The notes: generated by a model from the sequence alone, not told the origin. DNA of 64,000 nt from Candidatus Latescibacterota bacterium (GCA_963422735.1 OY730476.1:4096001-4160000), one strand, 5' to 3'. Positions 19,320 to 29,608 are shown, counted from the stretch's first letter. Translations and numbers: made by a program.

Positions 19320-20762
19320 ATGAAATATTACTGTCTGTCCGCTTTGCTGCTGGTGGCGGTCTATCCGGCTGGGGCTGGCCGCTACGATGAGCCGGGCTTT
19401 CTCACCAGCCACCTCGTCTCCGGCGGGGTGCCCAAAGACGGCATCCCCGCTCTGACCAATCCCACCTTCGTCGCGCCGGACGAAGTCGGCTACCTAGTAG
19501 AAGACGATGTGGTCATGGGGATAGTCATCAACGGCCAACCGCGAGCGTACCCGCACAACATTGGCTGGTGGAACGAGATCATCAACGATCGCGTCGGCGA
19601 TCAGTCGGTCGCAGTGTCCCTGTGCCCGCTTACGGGCACCGGCCAAGTCTTCAACGCCACCGATAGCGATGGTTCGCAAATCGAGTTCGGGGTCTCCGGT
19701 CTGCTGATCAACAGCAACTTGGTCATGTACGACCGACGCGATGGCGAAACGCTCTACCCGCAGATGATTTACACGGCTATCAACGGTCCCCAAGTCGGCG
19801 ACCGCCTAGAACTGATGCCCGTGGTGGAGACGACTTGGGCGCTGTGGAAGCGGATGTACCCAAGCACCACCGTGGTAAAAGCCACCACTGGCCAAGGGAA
19901 CTACAACTCGCGGGCTGCTTACAACGAACAGCAATATACCTTCTATCCTTACGGCGACTACCGCACCAGCAACGAGTACCTGATTTTCCTGCCGACGACC
20001 AACGGCGGCGCATTCGACCAGCGCTTTGCCACCAAGGATCTCGTGTTAGGGCTGTGCCGCGGCGACCAGACCAAGGCCTTCCCCTTCGCGCTGATGCCCG
20101 ACGGGGCGGTTATCAACGATCTCGTCGGCGACGATCCCGTAGTCGTCCTATTCGACGTCGAGTCGCGCACGGCCTTGGCCTATTTCAGCCAACTCGACGA
20201 CGCGCCATTGAGCTTTTACGGGGTGGCGTCCGAGGGGCCGTTGCCGATGGAGTTTGTGGATGCGGAAACGGGTTCGCGCTGGAACATGCTCGGCCAAGCC
20301 GTTGCGGGGCCGCTTGCGGGGAGGCGATTAGAGCAAGTCCCGGCGTACAACGCCATGTGGTTTGCCTGGGCCGCCTACTGGCCCGATACTGCGGTCTGGC
20401 AGCCGGGCGAGGGGATCCTCAGCGTAGAGGACATCGAGCAAGTCGCAACGATCGTCGCAGCCTTTGACGCCCAGCCTACGGGCTTTGCCCTGCGGCAAAA
20501 CTTTCCCAACCCGTTCAACGCTCAGACATTGATTCAGTACGAGCTTCCAGCGGCCGGGCCGATGCGGCTTGGCATGTTCAACACGGCTGGGCAGCGAGTG
20601 CGCTTGCTGGTAGAAGAGCACCAAGCGGCCGGGCTATACTTGCAACCCTGGGACGGACGTGACGACGCCGGGGCGCAGGTAGCGAGCGGGACGTATCTGT
20701 ACAGATTGGAGATGCCCTCGGCGAGGTTTAGCCAGACGCGGATGATGACGTTGGTGCGTTGA
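19320..20762 (+). CDS. DUF3179-domain exported protein with C-terminal FlgD-Ig/sorting domain
   Basis: SGGVPKDGIPAL, CPLTG, FGVSGLL.NSNLVMYDR, WFAW; tail QNFPNPFN...WDGRDDAGAQVASGTYLY. Confidence 0.88.
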   Translation: MKYYCLSALLLVAVYPAGAGRYDEPGFLTSHLVSGGVPKDGIPALTNPTFVAPDEVGYLVEDDVVMGIVINGQPRAYPHNIGWWNEIINDRVGDQSVAVSLCPLTGTGQVFNATDSDGSQIEFGVSGLLINSNLVMYDRRDGETLYPQMIYTAINGPQVGDRLELMPVVETTWALWKRMYPSTTVVKATTGQGNYNSRAAYNEQQYTFYPYGDYRTSNEYLIFLPTTNGGAFDQRFATKDLVLGLCRGDQTKAFPFALMPDGAVINDLVGDDPVVVLFDVESRTALAYFSQLDDAPLSFYGVASEGPLPMEFVDAETGSRWNMLGQAVAGPLAGRRLEQVPAYNAMWFAWAAYWPDTAVWQPGEGILSVEDIEQVATIVAAFDAQPTGFALRQNFPNPFNAQTLIQYELPAAGPMRLGMFNTAGQRVRLLVEEHQAAGLYLQPWDGRDDAGAQVASGTYLYRLEMPSARFSQTRMMTLVR

Positions 20763-20817
20763 TTTTGGGACTGTTTGCCAAGCCTTTCCCTTATATATCC
20801 CTGAGAAGGCTAATGGC

Positions 20818-20925
20818 ATGTTGAAGCTCGCCGTTGTTACAGGCGTGATGCTGTGGGGTGGCCTCGCCGAGGCGATGACGTGGGATTCGACGACGGGACG
20901 ACGCAAGGGGGAGCCGCCAAAGTGG
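20818..20925 (+). pseudogene. N-terminal remnant of a secreted protein
   Basis: MLKLAVVTGVMLWGGLAEA signal peptide followed by MTWD; an alternative frame then reads DDGTTQG, and the sequence breaks off before 20973. Confidence 0.35.
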
Positions 20926-20972
20926 CTGTTGCATAGGGAGGTCGGGCTGAAAATTGCCACGGGAGAGACGAC

Positions 20973-23339
20973 ATGAGCAATTGCCTCGGTCGCTATCTAC
21001 ACTGGTTGCACACGCGGTGGCCAGCCGGCGTGGTGGAAAAGTTGCCGCGGGTGGATGAGCACGGGCAGGGCAATATCCCCGGGCTGTACATCGTCGGCGA
21101 CTTGACCGGGATTCCGCTGTTGAAGTTCTCGGCCGATACGGGCGCACGGGCCGTGCAGCACATCGCAGCCGACGAGACATTCCAGCCCAGCAAGGGGCAG
21201 GAGGATGTCTTGGACTTGGCGATTGTCGGCGCGGGCGTTTCCGGCATGTCGGCAGCCTTGGAGGCGCGGGAGGCAGGATTGTCGTTTGTGCTTTTGGAGG
21301 CGACCGAGCCGTTTTCCACGCTGGTCAATTTTCCCAAAGGAAAGCCCATTTACACTTATCCCACCGAAATGGAGCCGGCCGGGCAGATCCGCTTTGCCGC
21401 CGAGGTTAAGGAGCCGCTGATCGAGGAGCTGTACGAGCAGACGCTCGCCCAAGGCATTGAGCCGACTAGGGCGCGCGTTGAGCAGGTAAAAAGGCGGGGA
21501 GACCACTTTGAATTGGAGATCCCGCGCCAGGAGAATATCAAGGCCCGCCGCGTGATCGTCGGGATCGGGCGCTCGGGTAACTTTCGCAAGCTAGGGGTGC
21601 CGGGCGAAAATCTGGACAAGGTATTCAACCGCTTGCACGACCCGGTTGACTTCTGCGACAAAGACGTGCTGGTCGTTGGCGGCGGCGACAGCGCCTTAGA
21701 GGCGGCCATTGCCATCGCCCAATGTGGAGGGCGAGTGACCGTCTCCTACCGCAAGCCCGAATTTTCTCGCCCTAAGCCTGAAAACGTCGAAAAGCTGAAC
21801 ATGCTTGCGGCCGATCCAATGGCTGACGCGGCCGTGGATACCCCTTCTTCCGAGCGGGTGACGACTAGCAGTGGTGCCTTTATGGAGAAGGGCCGCCAAG
21901 CGGGGTCAATCCGCCTACTGATGGCCAGCCAAGTGCTGCACATTGAAGACGCGGTCGCGCTCAAAGACGCCGAAGGCCACGAACTGAGCCTGCCCAACGA
22001 CGCGGTGTTTTCCATGATTGGGCGCGAGGCCCCGCTCGAGTTTTTCCGCCGCTCGGGCGTCGAAATAAGCGGCGAAATGAAGAGCAAGCAGTGGTGGGGC
22101 TTTGGACTTTTTATGGCCTTTTGTTTTTTCGTCTATAACTGGAAGGCCGGCGGTGCGCTGACCAACCTCTTCAAAGGGGGTGAACTCTTCCCCTTCAACG
22201 TGCCCGAATGGATGCAGAGGCTGTCGGCCCAGGCTGGAGATATGACGACGCTGCTGGGGATCCTCGCCTTCAACCTCGGCAAGCCCGGCTTCTGGTATAG
22301 TTTGGCCTATACGCTCTTGGTCATAGTCTTCGGGTACAAGCGGATTGCGCGGCGGCGGATCCCTTACGTCAAGTGGCAGACCTTTTCGCTGGGGGCGGTG
22401 CAGATAGTCCCGCTCTTTCTCCTACCCTATATCGTCCTGCCCTATCTGGGCCACAACGGATTTTTCGATTCAGGTTGGGCCAAGGCCGTGGCTGACCAAC
22501 TCTTCCCAGTGGTCCATTACGACCACGGACGCGAGTACTGGCGGGCTTTTGGGCTGGTGCTGGCTTGGCCGCTCTTTGTGTGGAACGTCTTCAGCGGCGA
22601 GCCGCTGTGGTGGTGGCTGGCCATCAGCGCGGTGCAGACGTTTGTGGCCATTCCGCTGATGATCTACTTCTGGGGCAAGGGGGCCTATTGCGGCTGGATC
22701 TGTTCCTGCGGCGCACTCGCCGAGACTTTGGGCGACGCGCAGCGGCACAAGATGCCGCACGGGGCCTTCTGGAACAAGATGAACATCATAGGCCAAGTGA
22801 TCCTCTTCCTGTGCGTGGTGATGCTCCTAGGGAGAATTGCGAGTTGGGTATGGCCGGACACGGGCTTGGGTCAATGGATGCGCGGGCTGTACGAAGGCAT
22901 GCTCTACGGCTGGCAGGTCTTAGGCATCCAGCTCAACTACAAATGGGCCATTGACCTGATGCTGGCGGGCGTAGTGGGCTACGGTGCCTATTTCTGGTTC
23001 AGCGGCCGGGTGTGGTGCCGCTTCGCCTGCCCGCTGGCGGCCCTGATGCACATCTATGCGCGCTTCAGCCGCTTCCGCATCCTCGCCGACAAGAAAAAGT
23101 GCATCTCCTGCAATGTCTGCACCTCGGTATGCCACCAAGGCATCGACATTATGAACTTCGCCAACAAGGGGCTGCCCATGGCCGACCCGGAGTGCGTGCG
23201 CTGTAGCGCGTGTGTGCAGTCTTGCCCGACGGGTGTGCTGGAGTTTGGTCAGATCGACAAAAGCGGAGAGGTGATAAAGACCGATGGGTTAGCGGCGTCG
23301 CCAGTGCGGATGCAGGAGAAGGAAAAGAGTGGTGAGTGA
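20973..23339 (+). CDS. FAD/NAD(P)H oxidoreductase (TrxR/YpdA-like) fused to a NapH/RdxA-like membrane polyferredoxin
   Basis: IVGAGVSG, VVGGGDSA, multiple TM helices, YCGWICSCG, WCRFACP, CISCNVCTSVC and CVRCSACVQSCP. Confidence 0.88.
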   Translation: MSNCLGRYLHWLHTRWPAGVVEKLPRVDEHGQGNIPGLYIVGDLTGIPLLKFSADTGARAVQHIAADETFQPSKGQEDVLDLAIVGAGVSGMSAALEAREAGLSFVLLEATEPFSTLVNFPKGKPIYTYPTEMEPAGQIRFAAEVKEPLIEELYEQTLAQGIEPTRARVEQVKRRGDHFELEIPRQENIKARRVIVGIGRSGNFRKLGVPGENLDKVFNRLHDPVDFCDKDVLVVGGGDSALEAAIAIAQCGGRVTVSYRKPEFSRPKPENVEKLNMLAADPMADAAVDTPSSERVTTSSGAFMEKGRQAGSIRLLMASQVLHIEDAVALKDAEGHELSLPNDAVFSMIGREAPLEFFRRSGVEISGEMKSKQWWGFGLFMAFCFFVYNWKAGGALTNLFKGGELFPFNVPEWMQRLSAQAGDMTTLLGILAFNLGKPGFWYSLAYTLLVIVFGYKRIARRRIPYVKWQTFSLGAVQIVPLFLLPYIVLPYLGHNGFFDSGWAKAVADQLFPVVHYDHGREYWRAFGLVLAWPLFVWNVFSGEPLWWWLAISAVQTFVAIPLMIYFWGKGAYCGWICSCGALAETLGDAQRHKMPHGAFWNKMNIIGQVILFLCVVMLLGRIASWVWPDTGLGQWMRGLYEGMLYGWQVLGIQLNYKWAIDLMLAGVVGYGAYFWFSGRVWCRFACPLAALMHIYARFSRFRILADKKKCISCNVCTSVCHQGIDIMNFANKGLPMADPECVRCSACVQSCPTGVLEFGQIDKSGEVIKTDGLAASPVRMQEKEKSGE

Positions 23340-23345
23340 AAACCA

Positions 23346-24809
23346 CTAGCCACTAGCCAGTGCCTGCTCTAGCCGCTGGCAAAACGTCTCAATGACCTTG
23401 AGGCGGGCGAAGCGTTTGTCGTTGCCCTCCACCAAGATCCAAGGAGCAGCGGGCGTGTGGGTGCGGGCTACCATGTCGTCAACAGCGGCCTCGTAATCGT
23501 CCCATTTCTCTCGGTTGCGCCAGTCCTCGTCGGTGATCTTCCAGCGCTTGTGCGGAGTCGCCTGACGCGCCTTGAAGCGCCGGAGCTGCTCGTCCTTGTC
23601 TATGTGAATCCAGTATTTGGCTACCACCATGCCGTGGTCTGTTAGCTGCTTCTCGAAATCGTTGATCTCGCCGTACGCCCGCTTCCAAGCCGCTTTGGCG
23701 GCAAAGCCCTCGACGCGCTCGACTAGCACCCGGCCATACCAACTGCGGTCGAAAATCACTATCCGACCTGCGCGCGGCAGGTGGTGCCAAAAGCGCCATA
23801 GATAGTGTTGGGCGTGCTCCTCGTCCGTGGGGGCGGCGACTCGGATGATCTGATAGATACAGGCGTCGAGGGCGGCAGTCAGGCGCTGGATGACCCCGCT
23901 CTTGCCGGCTGCATCGGCCCCTTCGAAAGTCAAGATGGTAGAGACGCCTTTGCGGCGAGCCTGCTGAGTCAAGCGATAGAGCCGGCCCTGGTATCGCTCT
24001 AGCAAAGCTTGGTACTCCTTCTTGGGTACCCGCTTTTTCATGTCTAGCTGGGTCAGCACGTTGGGCGCGGGCGGCCAATCTGAGCCAACGAGCTTGAAGC
24101 AACTCTTTTGGGCCAGACGCTGGCCAATGGCGTCGCGCACGGCGCGGCCCACCATCAACATGTAGTGAGGATCGCTGCCTTCGACAACCTGCCAATGAGC
24201 GCCGCTGATGTTGGTCTTTTTTAGTAAGCGATCGGCGGCTCGCTTGAACTCGTCGTAGTACTTCAAGCCCTCTCTTGCGTCTGCGTTCACCTGCCAGCGG
24301 GTCTGCGGGTTTTGCTCCAAGTCCGCAATGCGTTTCTGCCGCGCCTCTTTGTCCAAGTGAATCCACAACTTGATCAGCAGCGCACCATCGACGACGAGCG
24401 CATTTTCAAAGGCCGCAATGCGGTCGCTGTCGCGATCAAAGGCCGCCTCATCGCTTCGCCCATGCGCTAGGTCGCGCAACGGGCGATCGCACCAGCCGTT
24501 CAAGTATATGCCGATTGTTCCCTTCGGCGGCAAGGAGAGCCAATAGCGCCAGTATTCTGGACGCTCGCGTTCCTCTGCGGACGGTGGCTCAAAGGCGCAG
24601 ACCGCGATGCTGTGCGAATCCATCCACTGGCTGAGCGCGTTGCTCGCCTTGCTCGTACCTGCGCCGGCAAAGCCACCTAAGACGATGAGAGTTGGAAAGC
24701 GAGCTTGCTGCAACCGCTCTTGAGCAGCGAGCAGTTCCGTGCGCAACTCGGCTTCAAGCTCCTTGTAGCGGCTATTCGGAACGCCGCGCTCCAACTCTTT
24801 GGTTGCCAT
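23346..24809 (-). CDS. ppk2: Polyphosphate:AMP phosphotransferase (two-domain PPK2, class II)
   Basis: Tandem PPK2 domains; C-domain EGADAAGKSG, FDRSWYGRVLVERVEG, WKITDEDW; N-domain Walker A degenerate. Confidence 0.92.
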   Translation of the reverse strand: MATKELERGVPNSRYKELEAELRTELLAAQERLQQARFPTLIVLGGFAGAGTSKASNALSQWMDSHSIAVCAFEPPSAEERERPEYWRYWLSLPPKGTIGIYLNGWCDRPLRDLAHGRSDEAAFDRDSDRIAAFENALVVDGALLIKLWIHLDKEARQKRIADLEQNPQTRWQVNADAREGLKYYDEFKRAADRLLKKTNISGAHWQVVEGSDPHYMLMVGRAVRDAIGQRLAQKSCFKLVGSDWPPAPNVLTQLDMKKRVPKKEYQALLERYQGRLYRLTQQARRKGVSTILTFEGADAAGKSGVIQRLTAALDACIYQIIRVAAPTDEEHAQHYLWRFWHHLPRAGRIVIFDRSWYGRVLVERVEGFAAKAAWKRAYGEINDFEKQLTDHGMVVAKYWIHIDKDEQLRRFKARQATPHKRWKITDEDWRNREKWDDYEAAVDDMVARTHTPAAPWILVEGNDKRFARLKVIETFCQRLEQALASG

Positions 24810-24942
24810 TGATCGCCTCTCTCCCTTACAAAAATAGTAAAAAAATCGTCACTAATTCCAGCCCGCAATCCGCAACACATCGATTGCCGACCGCAGGGCA
24901 AAACCGTAGATTTTTGTACCCTTTGGCAAAGGAGCCTTTGGC

Positions 24943-26193
24943 ATGGAAGTACTCGGTGGCCCGCTTTTTGGCGTTGCCGGAGCAGGAGAATCGCACGGCC
25001 CGGCGATTGTCACAACAATCTTCGGCTGTCCCCCCGGCCTGTGGGTGGAGCGCGCCCAGATCCAGCACTATCTCGACCGCCGACGCCCCGGCAGCAACAA
25101 GCTGGGCACCCCCCGGCGGGAAGACGACCAAGTCGCCTTGCTGTCCGGCCTCTACTCGGAAGACCACGACCAGCTTCTATCCGGGCCGGCGCTGCACTTG
25201 CACCTAGGCGAGGACGAGACGCCGATGCACACCTATGAAGCCGGCTTTACTACGGGCGAGCCGATCGCCGCGGCCGTATTCTCGGCCGCCAAACGTTCGG
25301 GCGATTACAAGCAGTTCTCAGGGCCGCAGGGCCACGTCCGCCCCGGACACACAGACCTAGTCAAGCACTACAAATCGCGGGGCTTTGTCGATGTGCGCGG
25401 CGGCGGGCGTTCTAGCTATCGCTCGACCATATCCGATGTCATCGGCGGCACTATTGCCCGCCTCTATCTGGCCGAGCACTTCGGCACGGCCATTTTCTCT
25501 TCGATCTGCCAAGTCGGGCCGCTGGAGACGGGCATTTCCCTAGCGGCCCGAGTCGCCGAACTAGTCGCCGAAGCCGACGGGCAGCCCCTGTCTCCCGCAA
25601 CGTGTGCCGCGCTCGAAGGCGAGCTGGAGCGCGGGCCGCTCCGCACGGTGGATGCGGATTTCGCCCGCCAAGCGGCCGAACTGATTGCCAAGACCCGCAA
25701 GGAGCAGGACTCCATCGGCGCCGCACTCGAAGTAGTGGCCGTCAACGTGCCCCCCCTCGTCGGCGAACCTCTGTACCAGAGTCTGAAGTTGCGCCTGATG
25801 GGCAGCCTCGGTGGCTTGCACGCGGTGCAAGCCTGCGAAATAGGCACAGGCCGCGCTGCATCTGTGCGCCGCGGCAGCGAGCACAACGATCCCATCCGCA
25901 CCGGCGGGTATCAGAGCAACAGCCACGGTGGCTTGCTCGGCGGCGTGACCACGGGTATGCCGCTAGTATGCCGCTTGAGCTTCAAGCCCACGGCCACCAT
26001 CGCCCGGCCCCAAAATTCTGTGCGCAAGGACCTCGAAGAAATCGAGTTCCAACTCGCCAAGGGCCGCCACGACCCCTGCGTGGGAGTGCGCGCTGGCGCG
26101 ACCCTAGAATCGCGGCTGGCCATCGAGCTGATGAACGCGATGCTCGCGCACCAAGCGCGCTGCATAGATGCGGGCAATTTCAAACTTTTCTAA
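24943..26193 (+). CDS. aroC: Chorismate synthase (divergent)
   Basis: GESHG, RRRPG, RPGH, GGGRSS, SNSHGGLLGG, FKPTATI, GRHDPCV. Confidence 0.9.
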   Translation: MEVLGGPLFGVAGAGESHGPAIVTTIFGCPPGLWVERAQIQHYLDRRRPGSNKLGTPRREDDQVALLSGLYSEDHDQLLSGPALHLHLGEDETPMHTYEAGFTTGEPIAAAVFSAAKRSGDYKQFSGPQGHVRPGHTDLVKHYKSRGFVDVRGGGRSSYRSTISDVIGGTIARLYLAEHFGTAIFSSICQVGPLETGISLAARVAELVAEADGQPLSPATCAALEGELERGPLRTVDADFARQAAELIAKTRKEQDSIGAALEVVAVNVPPLVGEPLYQSLKLRLMGSLGGLHAVQACEIGTGRAASVRRGSEHNDPIRTGGYQSNSHGGLLGGVTTGMPLVCRLSFKPTATIARPQNSVRKDLEEIEFQLAKGRHDPCVGVRAGATLESRLAIELMNAMLAHQARCIDAGNFKLF

Positions 26194-26211
26194 CTGTTCA
26201 GCTTCTAACGC

Positions 26212-27258
26212 TCACAGCGCGGGCATCTCCACGCCCAGTTCCTCCGCCACCGCGCCGATTTCATCCCAAGTGGGTTGGGGCAAAGCAATGCCTTCGACCA
26301 GCAGCCGCGCTCTAGTCTGCTGTTCAAGCTCGCCGGGTGCATAGACTTGCTCAAACCCAGGCAAAGGGCGAGCCGAGCACACCCACTTGGCCATCTCTTC
26401 GACCTCGCGCTCGTACGAGTCCAAGTCGATAAAATCCTCGATATTGATCGCTAGGACCATGATCCCATTACCGTCGTTGCCGCCTTCTTTGGTGCAGCCA
26501 GCATGTGAGAGCGGTCCCACCAACATTTCCACCATCATCGCCAGCCCGCAACCCTTGTGTCCAAACTGCAGGCCGCCCAACGGCAAGACGCCCGTGCCCT
26601 CGGCATCGTCTAGATAGCGCTGGGCGTCGGTGACAGGCTGGCCTTCCCGATCTATAACCCAACCCTCGGGCATCGGCTCCTCGCGAATGTTCTTCTGCAC
26701 GATTTTGCCACCAGCCACGACGGTCATGGTCATATCGAGCATGAAAGGCGGACCATTTTGGCGCGGGGCGGAAAAGGCGATAGGCTCAGGACGCAGGCGG
26801 CGGTCGGCCGAGCCGAAGGGCGCGAGGAAGAGGCCACCGCCATTGAGCCAAACCATGCCGATCATGCCCTTTGCAGCCATCCGCGGCGGATAGTCGCCAA
26901 GGCGGCAGATATGGCTGACGTGGTTGAGGCCAACAAAGCCGAAGGTGGCGTTTTGGGCTTTATCAACGGCAATGTCGAGGGCGCGATTGACGGCGACGAT
27001 GCCGTTGGCTCCCTTGCCGTTGATGATCCTGAGCACGGGAGTGTCGCGCACGACTTGGGTCTCTTCCCAGCGGACGTAGTTGTTTTGCATCCCGCGGGCG
27101 TAGTTGGGGACTAGCCAAGTGCCGTGGGAATCGTGGCCGTGGAGGTGGCTTTCGACGACGTGGTCGGCGACGATGCGAGCGTCATTTGCGGGAATACCAG
27201 TAGCGGCAAAAATGCGATAGCAGAGGTCGTTGAGGGTGTCGTGTTGGACTACGGGCAT
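26212..27258 (-). CDS. Ldh_2-family (malate/lactate/ureidoglycolate) oxidoreductase
   Basis: GHDSHG, SHICRLG, LDMTMT, LPLGG..GHKGCGL, APGE. Confidence 0.9.
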   Translation of the reverse strand: MPVVQHDTLNDLCYRIFAATGIPANDARIVADHVVESHLHGHDSHGTWLVPNYARGMQNNYVRWEETQVVRDTPVLRIINGKGANGIVAVNRALDIAVDKAQNATFGFVGLNHVSHICRLGDYPPRMAAKGMIGMVWLNGGGLFLAPFGSADRRLRPEPIAFSAPRQNGPPFMLDMTMTVVAGGKIVQKNIREEPMPEGWVIDREGQPVTDAQRYLDDAEGTGVLPLGGLQFGHKGCGLAMMVEMLVGPLSHAGCTKEGGNDGNGIMVLAINIEDFIDLDSYEREVEEMAKWVCSARPLPGFEQVYAPGELEQQTRARLLVEGIALPQPTWDEIGAVAEELGVEMPAL

Positions 27259-27284
27259 GAGGAGTCCTTTGGATGGATACCGGT

Positions 27285-28367
27285 CTAGGAGACGTGCGCT
27301 TCCATCAGTTCGGTGAAGTAGCTGAACAAGTGGAAGCTATCGTGCGGGCCTGGCGAGGCCTCCGGGTGGCACTGGATAGAAAAAATGGGTAGCTCTCGGT
27401 GGTGCAGGCCCTCGACGCAATTGTCGTTGAGGTTGAGGCGAGTGATTTCGAGGCAGCTCGGCAACGAATCGGCCGCAATGCCCCAGCCGTGGTTTTCAGA
27501 AGTAATCAGGATTCGGTCGCTGGCGCGTTCCTTGATCGGCTGATTGGCCCCACGGTGTCCGAACTTGAGGCGATAAATTTCCGCGCCAAAAGCCAAGCCT
27601 AGAATCTCGTGGCCCAAGCAGATGCCGAAGATCGGCTTTTTGCCGATGAGGCCCTTACAAGTCTCGATCGCATAGTCGAGGGGCCGGGGATCGCCCGGGC
27701 CGTTGGAGAGAAAGACGCCGTCTGGCCCCAAAGCCAAGACCTCATCGGCCGTGGTTTTGGCCGGTACGACCGTCACCTTGCATCCTGTGGCGACCAAGCA
27801 GCGGACAATATTGCGCTTAATTCCGTAGTCTAGAGCCACGACGTGGAAGCGTGGGGCGTCGGAGCTTTCGACATAGGGCACAGAGCAGCTAACGGCAGCT
27901 ACCATGTCCACTCCGGTGAGCCCGGGCCAAGCGCGCGCCTTTTCGACTAAGCTGTCCGGATCAATATCTGTGGTAGAAATGGCGGCGTCCATCACGCCTT
28001 TGATGCGCACTCTGCGAGTCAACTCGCGGGTGTCGAGGCCCTCGATGCCGAGAACGCCGTGCTCTTGGAGATACTCGGGCAAACTCTGGTGCGCGCGCCA
28101 GCTACTCGGCAGGCGGCAGCACTCCTTCATCAGGAAGCCGCGGACTTGGGGCCTCGCCGATTCGTCGTCTTCAGGTGCGACCCCATAGTTGCCTATAAGT
28201 GGGTACGTCATAGTGACGATTTGGCCGGCATAGGAGGGGTCCGTGAGAATTTCCTGATAGCCGGTCATGCTAGTATTGAAGACCATTTCGCCGAGGCACT
28301 CACCCCCGCGGCCAAGAGCACGGCCCTCAAAGACGGTGCCGTCCGCGAGCGCGACGAGCGCTTTCAT
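27285..28367 (-). CDS. carA: Carbamoyl-phosphate synthase small subunit
   Basis: FNTSMTGYQEILTDPSY, LSNGPGDP, GICLGH, QCHPEASPGPHD. Confidence 0.96.
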   Translation of the reverse strand: MKALVALADGTVFEGRALGRGGECLGEMVFNTSMTGYQEILTDPSYAGQIVTMTYPLIGNYGVAPEDDESARPQVRGFLMKECCRLPSSWRAHQSLPEYLQEHGVLGIEGLDTRELTRRVRIKGVMDAAISTTDIDPDSLVEKARAWPGLTGVDMVAAVSCSVPYVESSDAPRFHVVALDYGIKRNIVRCLVATGCKVTVVPAKTTADEVLALGPDGVFLSNGPGDPRPLDYAIETCKGLIGKKPIFGICLGHEILGLAFGAEIYRLKFGHRGANQPIKERASDRILITSENHGWGIAADSLPSCLEITRLNLNDNCVEGLHHRELPIFSIQCHPEASPGPHDSFHLFSYFTELMEAHVS

Positions 28368-28446
28368 CGTCCGTAGATACTCCTTTTAAGAGGGTTTAAC
28401 AACGAGTAAAAACTTAGGCAAAAAAAGATGCGGTGAACAGGCGACC

Positions 28447-29517
28447 TCATTCCGTTGCCGAGTCGGTCAGGTCTTGGCGCTCCTGCCGTGCGCGCTCCTG
28501 CATATCGACGGCCAGATCGAATTCGCCGACGATTTCCTGACCGACGATTTCTTCAATCACGTCCTCTAAAGTGACGATGCCAGCAAAGCCACCGTATTCA
28601 TCGACGACGGCGAAAAGGTGCTCGCGCCGCTGGATAAATTCTTTAAGCAGGCGGCTAGCCCGCGCCGATTCGGGTACCGAATGGATGGAGCGGCCTACCT
28701 CAAAGAGCTTGGCTTGGCCGCGGCCATCGGCCAAGGCACTAAACGCATCGCGCCGCAGCACTAAGCCGACGATGTTTTCTCTCTCTCCCTGATAGAGGGG
28801 CACCCGGCTGTGGGACCAGCTACCGGACTGCTGGCGGGCCTCGGCCAAGCTCAAATCGCGGTCGAGGCAGTGGACTACTGTGCGTGGAGTCATAATATTG
28901 CTCGCACGCAACTCGTCGAGCTTGAGGATGTTTTGAATGACGCTCTCTTGATCGGACGAGATGGCACCAGAGCGGCGGCTCATCTGCGCGGTAATCTCAA
29001 TCTCTTCCGGTGCCACCACCGGCACGTCTGGTGCCCCGGCCGTTATGAGCTGCACGATGAATTTATTGAGCCAGATAAGAGGCGTGAACAGCCACACCAG
29101 CCATTGGATCGGGCGAGCTATAAACCGAGCGAGAACGCGGGCATGCACTACCCCTACTGTCTTGGGAAGAATCTCCGTAAAAATGAGTACTACCAGTGAG
29201 AAGGCGATAGTGAAGTACGTCTCCGACGTCCGCGGAAATACTCCGACAAAGGCGGCCCCAGCGATGGTGGCACCGCCGGTATGAGCCAACGTGTTCAGCG
29301 TGAGAATGGCCGAGATGGGACGCTGGATATCCGCGTGCAGTTTCTTGAGGATCTTACCCGAAGTGCGCCCTTGGCTAGCCAGCATTTCGATCTGACTGGC
29401 GGGCAGCGAATAGAGCGCGGCTTCCAAGAGCGAACAAACACAGGAGACGACGAGAACGATGCTGACGGCTAGAATCAGCTCGTATTCAGGGGATATAGGG
29501 GATATAAACGCGAACAT
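28447..29517 (-). CDS. CNNM (DUF21) + CBS domain hemolysin-family membrane protein
   Basis: CSLLEAAL, EILPK, IMTPR, HSRVPLY, VVDEYGG..GIVTLEDVIEEIVG. Confidence 0.9.
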   Translation of the reverse strand: MFAFISPISPEYELILAVSIVLVVSCVCSLLEAALYSLPASQIEMLASQGRTSGKILKKLHADIQRPISAILTLNTLAHTGGATIAGAAFVGVFPRTSETYFTIAFSLVVLIFTEILPKTVGVVHARVLARFIARPIQWLVWLFTPLIWLNKFIVQLITAGAPDVPVVAPEEIEITAQMSRRSGAISSDQESVIQNILKLDELRASNIMTPRTVVHCLDRDLSLAEARQQSGSWSHSRVPLYQGERENIVGLVLRRDAFSALADGRGQAKLFEVGRSIHSVPESARASRLLKEFIQRREHLFAVVDEYGGFAGIVTLEDVIEEIVGQEIVGEFDLAVDMQERARQERQDLTDSATE

Positions 29518-29539
29518 AGACGCGAGGGCAATTTAACTA

Positions 29540-29572
29540 AAGAGAGGGACTCCCCTCCGGGACTCCCTCTCC
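29540..29572 (-). terminator. Probable terminator hairpin downstream of the SWIB gene
   Basis: agagggactccc-ctcc-gggactccctct near-perfect stem with a short T-rich tail on the minus strand. Confidence 0.5.
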
Positions 29573-29608
29573 AATGGCACTGGATTATAACGTCTTGCTC
29601 AGGAGTAG

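Noticed and set aside
19320-20762. Selenoprotein recoding in DUF3179
   Set aside because: The ORF is open throughout, with no in-frame TGA at the Cys motif.
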